Shown here: one piece after another, positions 59,082 through 64,000 of the stretch
Position numbering within the stretch: position 1 is the first letter of the stretch
How the letters are laid out: each line of letters opens with the position of its first letter
Origin: an uncultured bacterium
GTDB lineage: Bacteria > Schekmanbacteria > GWA2-38-11 > J061
Assembly: GCA_964549305.1 (NCBI GenBank)
Contig: CAZJVM010000003.1
Span: 1-64,000 of the forward strand
Direction of reading: 5' to 3'
DNA: 64,000 bases
Program-made: the position numbers and the translations under genes
Notes under the pieces: generated by a model
Database searches by the model: none
The model's input: the letters and a program-made list of their open reading frames with translations, nothing else
What the model was told of the DNA's origin: nothing

Positions 59082-60995
59082 TTGTCGTCTAAAGACAGCA
59101 GAGCGTATCTTGCCGCAATATTCCTCATCTTTGTTTTTCATTTTGTCTGTGCCGCCGGATTTTTTTCCAATGTGGATATAGATTCAGGATTTCCCGTATT
59201 GAATGACGATTACTCCATTCATTTCGGCCACGTGGACCCTGTAAAGGAATTCTTCAGGGACAGTTTCAGGTTGTGGGGATATGACCCTTTTTATATGGCG
59301 GGATTGCCTAAGTCCACGGTTTTTGACGCAGACGCAAAGTCGCCGGAAATAATAGGTGTTATCTTTTCTTTTGCCGATTCGGCAACGGTTTACAATATCT
59401 ATATCTTTCTGAATTACATTCTTGCTCCTCTGCTTTTTCTCTGGTCGATTTTCAATTTCGGATTAAGAAGATGGGGGCTTGCCACGGGATTTGCCGCAGG
59501 CGTATTTTACTGGTGGGCATATCCGGCATTCAGGTTCAATCTCGCGGGACAATTCGCATTCATCTTCGTATCTCATATTACATTGCTTATATTTTCTCTC
59601 TTTTACCGTTATGTGGATTCCGGTAAATTCCGCTTCATAGCGCTTTGCGGTGTAATCGGAGCTATTGCCCTTTCGGTACACATCCTTGCGCCCATAAACA
59701 TCGCGGTGGGGTCGCTCATCCTTTATGCAGTTGCCTTTAAAAAAATGAGCGGGAAACAACACGCGGGGCTTTTTGCCTGCCTTGCTTTTATTCTCATTGC
59801 GAACAGCCCCTGGGTGATACCTTTTATACGTTTCTACGGAATGAATAATCTTGCTGATATCGACTGGTTTTTCGGCGCCACCAATCCTTTCTTTTTTCTC
59901 GAAGCGTATTTTCCCGGAGGGGCAATCTACAGATATCTTCGCCTCGCTATTTTGATTGCCTCGATTGGCGGTTTTATGAAATGGAAAAAAGAAAAAAATA
60001 TCCTCTTTTATCCCGTGCTCGGCAACGCGCTCATACTTTTTATCTATTCATACTTCGGCGCCTATTCAACGCTTACATTTCTGCAAAATCCATGGCGCTA
60101 CGAATTTGAACTGAATCTTTTTCTCCTTGCCCCGGCGGCAGTTTATCTGAATTCACTTTTTGAAAAGAACGGTTTCAGCAGAAAAATTTTACCTCTTGCC
60201 GTTTCCCTCTTCCTCATTGTCTGCCTTTTTCCGCTAAATGCTTTTAAGTCAGCAAAACGTCTCATTCCCCGTTACAGAAATGAAAGAATTGTAAAATATG
60301 ACCGTCTCACCCCTTTGAAAAACGGAGAGGTGGAGTATTCATACGAGGAACTTCCTCACTCATCGCTTCCTCCTGCGGGGTATGAGTTTATTGAATGGAT
60401 TAAACGGAATACCACAAAAGATGCGCGGATAATGCTTGAAGATTCCTGCTGGCAGTCTCGTCACGCCTATTGGGGTTCGCATCTTCCGGCAATGCTTCCA
60501 ACGCTCACCGGAAGGGAATATATCGGCGGGCCAATCCCACAGTATTTTATGGTGCACCATTATGCGAGTTTTCAGGACGGTTTTTTCTGCGGCAAGTATC
60601 TCGATGAATACGACGAAGAAGAATTCCTTGAAAAGACAGATCTCTATAACATCAAGTGGATAGTTGCCTTTACGCCCTACTCGAGAAATTTTCTGGAAAA
60701 AATTCCGGAAAGAGTTCACCTTATTGACAGGGTTGATAAATTCTATCTTTACGAGATTACGCGAAAGCAGGATTTTTTCCTCGAGGGAAGGGGAGAGATA
60801 AAATCCGCTTACAATCACCTTTATCTTTCAGGGCTTTCCGAAGGCGAGGATATAATAATCAAATATCACTGGATAAAAACGCTTAAAACATCGCCTCCGA
60901 GAAAGTTAAGCGAATTTAAAATAAAGGATGACCCTGTGGGCTTTATAAAGGTTGAGAATGTTCCCTCTGAGATTGAAATCTATAACGGATATTAA
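59082..60995 (+). CDS. Polytopic membrane protein, probable GT-C/YfhO-like
   Basis: NDDY, WGYDPFYMAG, PW and PWRY; multiple TMs then a soluble domain. Confidence 0.55.
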   Translation: MSSKDSRAYLAAIFLIFVFHFVCAAGFFSNVDIDSGFPVLNDDYSIHFGHVDPVKEFFRDSFRLWGYDPFYMAGLPKSTVFDADAKSPEIIGVIFSFADSATVYNIYIFLNYILAPLLFLWSIFNFGLRRWGLATGFAAGVFYWWAYPAFRFNLAGQFAFIFVSHITLLIFSLFYRYVDSGKFRFIALCGVIGAIALSVHILAPINIAVGSLILYAVAFKKMSGKQHAGLFACLAFILIANSPWVIPFIRFYGMNNLADIDWFFGATNPFFFLEAYFPGGAIYRYLRLAILIASIGGFMKWKKEKNILFYPVLGNALILFIYSYFGAYSTLTFLQNPWRYEFELNLFLLAPAAVYLNSLFEKNGFSRKILPLAVSLFLIVCLFPLNAFKSAKRLIPRYRNERIVKYDRLTPLKNGEVEYSYEELPHSSLPPAGYEFIEWIKRNTTKDARIMLEDSCWQSRHAYWGSHLPAMLPTLTGREYIGGPIPQYFMVHHYASFQDGFFCGKYLDEYDEEEFLEKTDLYNIKWIVAFTPYSRNFLEKIPERVHLIDRVDKFYLYEITRKQDFFLEGRGEIKSAYNHLYLSGLSEGEDIIIKYHWIKTLKTSPPRKLSEFKIKDDPVGFIKVENVPSEIEIYNGY

Positions 60996-61010
60996 AGTAT
61001 TTTAAAGGAG

Positions 61011-62294
61011 ATGCCTGTGAATATTTTTGAAGAAGCGAGCAAACGTCTCGATAAGGCGCTTCAACATATCGATGTAAGCGATGATGTATTCGAAAAGCTG
61101 AGGCACCCCAAGGCATCCCTCGAGGTTTCCGTGCCTGTGAGAATGGATAACGGAGAGCTCAGGACATTCAGCGGTTTCAGGGTAATTTATGACGATACGC
61201 GAGGCCCCGCAAAAGGCGGAATCCGCTACCATCCTTCCGCGTCACTCGATGAGGTAAAGGCGCTTGCATTCTGGATGACATTCAAATGCGCCGCGGCAAA
61301 CATTCCTTATGGCGGCGCTAAGGGCGGTGTGGTAGTTGACCCTAAGAAACTTTCAAAGTTTGAACTTGAAAGACTCAGCCGGGGATATATCGACGCGATT
61401 GCCGATTTCATAGGTCCCAACAGGGACATTCCCGCCCCTGACGTTTATACCAATGCAATGATAATGGGCTGGATGGCTGACCAGTACAATATCATAAGGC
61501 GCGCAAAGGTGCCCTGTGTAATCACGGGAAAACCCCTCGAGCTGGGCGGAAGTTTAGGCAGGGATGAGGCAACGGGACGGGGCGCTTATTATATTACGAG
61601 AGAAATGATTAAAGATTCAGGCAGGACGCCTTCCGATGTAACGGTTGCAGTGCAGGGATTCGGCAACGCGGGATATAATGTGGCGCGTCTTCTGCATAAT
61701 GACGGATTCAGGATTGTTGCAATAAGTGATTCTCAGGGAGGAATTTTTTCAGGCGACGGACTTATTCCCGACGACATTAAAAGATTCAAGAATGAAACAA
61801 GAAAGCTTGAAGCGGTGTATTGTGAGGGTTCGGTTTGCCATATTCAAAAGCACGACAAGATAACAAACGAAGAATTGCTTTCTCTCAACGTGGATGTGCT
61901 TATCCCCGCGGCGCTTGAAAACCAGATTGATGCCGGAAATGCAGGCAATGTGAAGGCAAAGACAATAGTCGAGGTTGCAAACGGTCCTGTGACAAATGAA
62001 GCCGATAAAATTTTAAATGAAAAAGGTATTCCTGTTGTGCCCGATATTATCGCAAACTCCGGCGGAGTGATTGTAAGCTATTTTGAGTGGGTGCAGAACA
62101 GAAACGGCTACTACTGGACTTTGGATAAGGTAAACGCCACGCTTGAAGAGATGATAACTTCGGAATATAAAAAAATCGTCGATGTTTCCATATCAAAGAA
62201 AATAGATATCCGCACTGCCGCCTATGTTCACGCTCTCTCACGAATCGCCGGCGCCATAGAAGCAAAAGGAACCAAGGATTTCTTCAGGAAATAG
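61011..62294 (+). CDS. gdhA: Glutamate dehydrogenase (Glu/Leu/Phe/Val family)
   Basis: GPAKGGIRY, GGAKGG, DIPAPD, QGFGNAG and GGVIVSYFEW; AAGGAG SD. Confidence 0.95.
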   Translation: MPVNIFEEASKRLDKALQHIDVSDDVFEKLRHPKASLEVSVPVRMDNGELRTFSGFRVIYDDTRGPAKGGIRYHPSASLDEVKALAFWMTFKCAAANIPYGGAKGGVVVDPKKLSKFELERLSRGYIDAIADFIGPNRDIPAPDVYTNAMIMGWMADQYNIIRRAKVPCVITGKPLELGGSLGRDEATGRGAYYITREMIKDSGRTPSDVTVAVQGFGNAGYNVARLLHNDGFRIVAISDSQGGIFSGDGLIPDDIKRFKNETRKLEAVYCEGSVCHIQKHDKITNEELLSLNVDVLIPAALENQIDAGNAGNVKAKTIVEVANGPVTNEADKILNEKGIPVVPDIIANSGGVIVSYFEWVQNRNGYYWTLDKVNATLEEMITSEYKKIVDVSISKKIDIRTAAYVHALSRIAGAIEAKGTKDFFRK

Positions 62295-62334
62295 CCTGAC
62301 TTGTTGTTTGCTTTAGCGCAAGCTGACTGAAGAA

Positions 62335-63651
62335 TTATTTCCTTCCTCCTGCCGGCTTTTTACTGTGGACTTTATCTGCAGGTTTTCTTCTTTTTCTGGA
62401 AAAATTCCCTTTTCCCTGCGGCTTTCTTCTTGATCCCGTGTTGTGTGAAGTTTTTCCGCGAAAGGCGTGGGTTTTTTTAAATGCAGGTCTGGGCGGAATT
62501 TTGTAGTCGGTTTCTATAATATCATCGGTTACGGGGACTACTTCGATTTTAAGCTTTATATAATCTTCTATATCGGGAAGCGTATGAACATATTTTTCGC
62601 AGGCAAGAGTTATTGCCCGTCCTTCCGCGCCTGCCCTCGCAGTCCTTCCGATTCTGTGCACATAGTATTCCGGATCACCTGGAAGATCATAATTTATCAC
62701 GTGCGTCACACCATCAATATGAATTCCCCTGCTTGCAACATCTGTTGCAATGAGAATGTTTAGAGTGCCGTCTTTAAAATCAGAGAGGACTTTCATCCTT
62801 TTTTTCTGATTAAGGTCCCCGGTGATGGCGGCGGTTTTATGACCGTTAAAATTGAGAAGGCGGTCCAGTCTTTCCGCCGCGGCTTTTGTGTTGCAGAAAA
62901 CAAGAAATTTTCCATTCTCTTCCGATTTTATTATTCCTAAAAGCAATCCCGTTTTTTCCGAAAGTCCCACGTGATAGACTTCCTGTTTAATCTTTTCTAC
63001 CGTTACCTGTTCAGGTGAGAGAGAGATTTTTTTCTTTATATCCATATGCTCGTAACATAACTCAAGTACGCGTCTTGAAAGCGTTGCGGAAAAGAGCATT
63101 GACTGCCTTTTGTCATAAGGTGGCATCCGTCGAAGAATGAAACGAATGTCCTTTATAAATCCCATATCGAAAAGACGGTCTGCTTCATCGATAATAAGAA
63201 ACTGGGTTTTCGCGAGACTGTACACTCTCTGCTTGAGGTAATCTATAAGCCGTCCCGGTGTGCCTATTAGCATATCGACACCTTTTTCTATCTCTTTGCG
63301 CTGTTTGATGTAATCAATTCCCCCGTATACGGGAAGAATTTTAAAGTCCGTATGGCTTGCAAGAATTTTTGCCTCTGCGTCGATTTGTACTGCAAGCTCG
63401 CGAGTGGGCGCAATTATGAGCGAGCGCGGAGAAGGTCCCCGTCCCGGCGAGGGGATTTCAAGCATACGGGAGAATACGGCTATTAGAAAAGCGGCGGTTT
63501 TACCGGTGCCTGTCTGCGCCTGCGCGGCAATATCATTGCCCTGAAGCGCTTCAGGGAGGGTTTCCTCCTGTACGGGAGTGCATTCCTTAAAGCCTGCCGA
63601 TTTGATTCCTTCAAGTATCTGGGGCTGTATATTAAGTTCGTCGAATTTCAT
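62335..63651 (-). CDS. DEAD-box RNA helicase (RhlB-like)
   Basis: AQTGTGKT, PTRELA, TPGR, DEAD, SAT and HRIGRTAR; basic tail. Confidence 0.93.
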   Translation of the reverse strand: MKFDELNIQPQILEGIKSAGFKECTPVQEETLPEALQGNDIAAQAQTGTGKTAAFLIAVFSRMLEIPSPGRGPSPRSLIIAPTRELAVQIDAEAKILASHTDFKILPVYGGIDYIKQRKEIEKGVDMLIGTPGRLIDYLKQRVYSLAKTQFLIIDEADRLFDMGFIKDIRFILRRMPPYDKRQSMLFSATLSRRVLELCYEHMDIKKKISLSPEQVTVEKIKQEVYHVGLSEKTGLLLGIIKSEENGKFLVFCNTKAAAERLDRLLNFNGHKTAAITGDLNQKKRMKVLSDFKDGTLNILIATDVASRGIHIDGVTHVINYDLPGDPEYYVHRIGRTARAGAEGRAITLACEKYVHTLPDIEDYIKLKIEVVPVTDDIIETDYKIPPRPAFKKTHAFRGKTSHNTGSRRKPQGKGNFSRKRRKPADKVHSKKPAGGRK

Positions 63652-63850
63652 TTATTATTATCTTATACTATAAATAAGGGGGGAAAGGCAAACCTATTGA
63701 AGCGTTCCGTAATTTGACAATTTTACCCGGATATCTTTTTTAATTTATCTCGTTATATTTCATGTGAGACCATTGCTTTCCGGGATATTGGGAAAAGAGG
63801 TTTTGATACATCTTAACACGCTGATTATGACCGTCAGAATCGACCTATTC

Positions 63851-64000
63851 TTAAAACATCACAATCGGCGGAAGTGTCTGAAGAATCATCGCTTCAGGGG
63901 GAATGCCGATTTTAATTCCGGCAACGAATCCCTTATCCTCCACGAGGTTGAATTCAACCCATTGTCCGCGCGCAACAAGCATTGCCTCGCGGGCCTTTTT
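63851..64000 (-). CDS. 3' end of a coproporphyrinogen III oxidase (HemF)-like protein (truncated by window edge)
   Basis: Hand translation KKAREAMLVARGQWVEFNLVEDKGFVAGIKIGIPPEAMILQTLPPIVMF* resembles the HemF C-terminal RGRYVEFNL..DRG..FG...E.IL..LPP pattern. Confidence 0.65.
   Translation of the reverse strand, partial: KKAREAMLVARGQWVEFNLVEDKGFVAGIKIGIPPEAMILQTLPPIVMF

Overview
AT-rich bacterial chromosomal window, probably from a diderm (PBP1A, NagZ, GspL/M-like, Wzm/Wzt). 1-12.9 kb is mostly housekeeping and envelope genes: the 3' end of a lasso-peptide B2/transglutaminase-like protease, thiN, PBP1A, Rrf2-cysteine desulfurase, gspL/gspM-like-mreBCD, nagZ and dppBC-like permeases. About 13.4-61 kb is a ~48 kb cell-surface glycan biosynthesis and tailoring region with an unusual inventory: Wzm/Wzt plus a Wzx-type flippase, 6 GT4, 1 polyprenol-P GT2, 6 GT-C-type membrane proteins, 5 cobalamin-binding radical SAM enzymes (one HpnJ-like, one with a PqqD/RRE-like tail), 3 twitch/SPASM radical SAM enzymes, 2 Thr-nucleophile sulfatase-fold proteins, an MBOAT+SGNH pair, 2 FAD oxidoreductases (one UDP-galactopyranose-mutase-like), 2 SAM methyltransferases, a pol-beta-type nucleotidyltransferase and a DUF362-ferredoxin. 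The window ends with gdhA, a DEAD-box helicase and the 3' end of a HemF-like gene. Features missing from the ORF track include a 26-bp near-identical direct repeat (12925 and 50101), a 56-aa SGNH C-terminal remnant and an IscR-type operator-like site. No rRNA, tRNA, CRISPR array or intact transposase was seen. All family calls come from reading motifs by eye, not from database searches.
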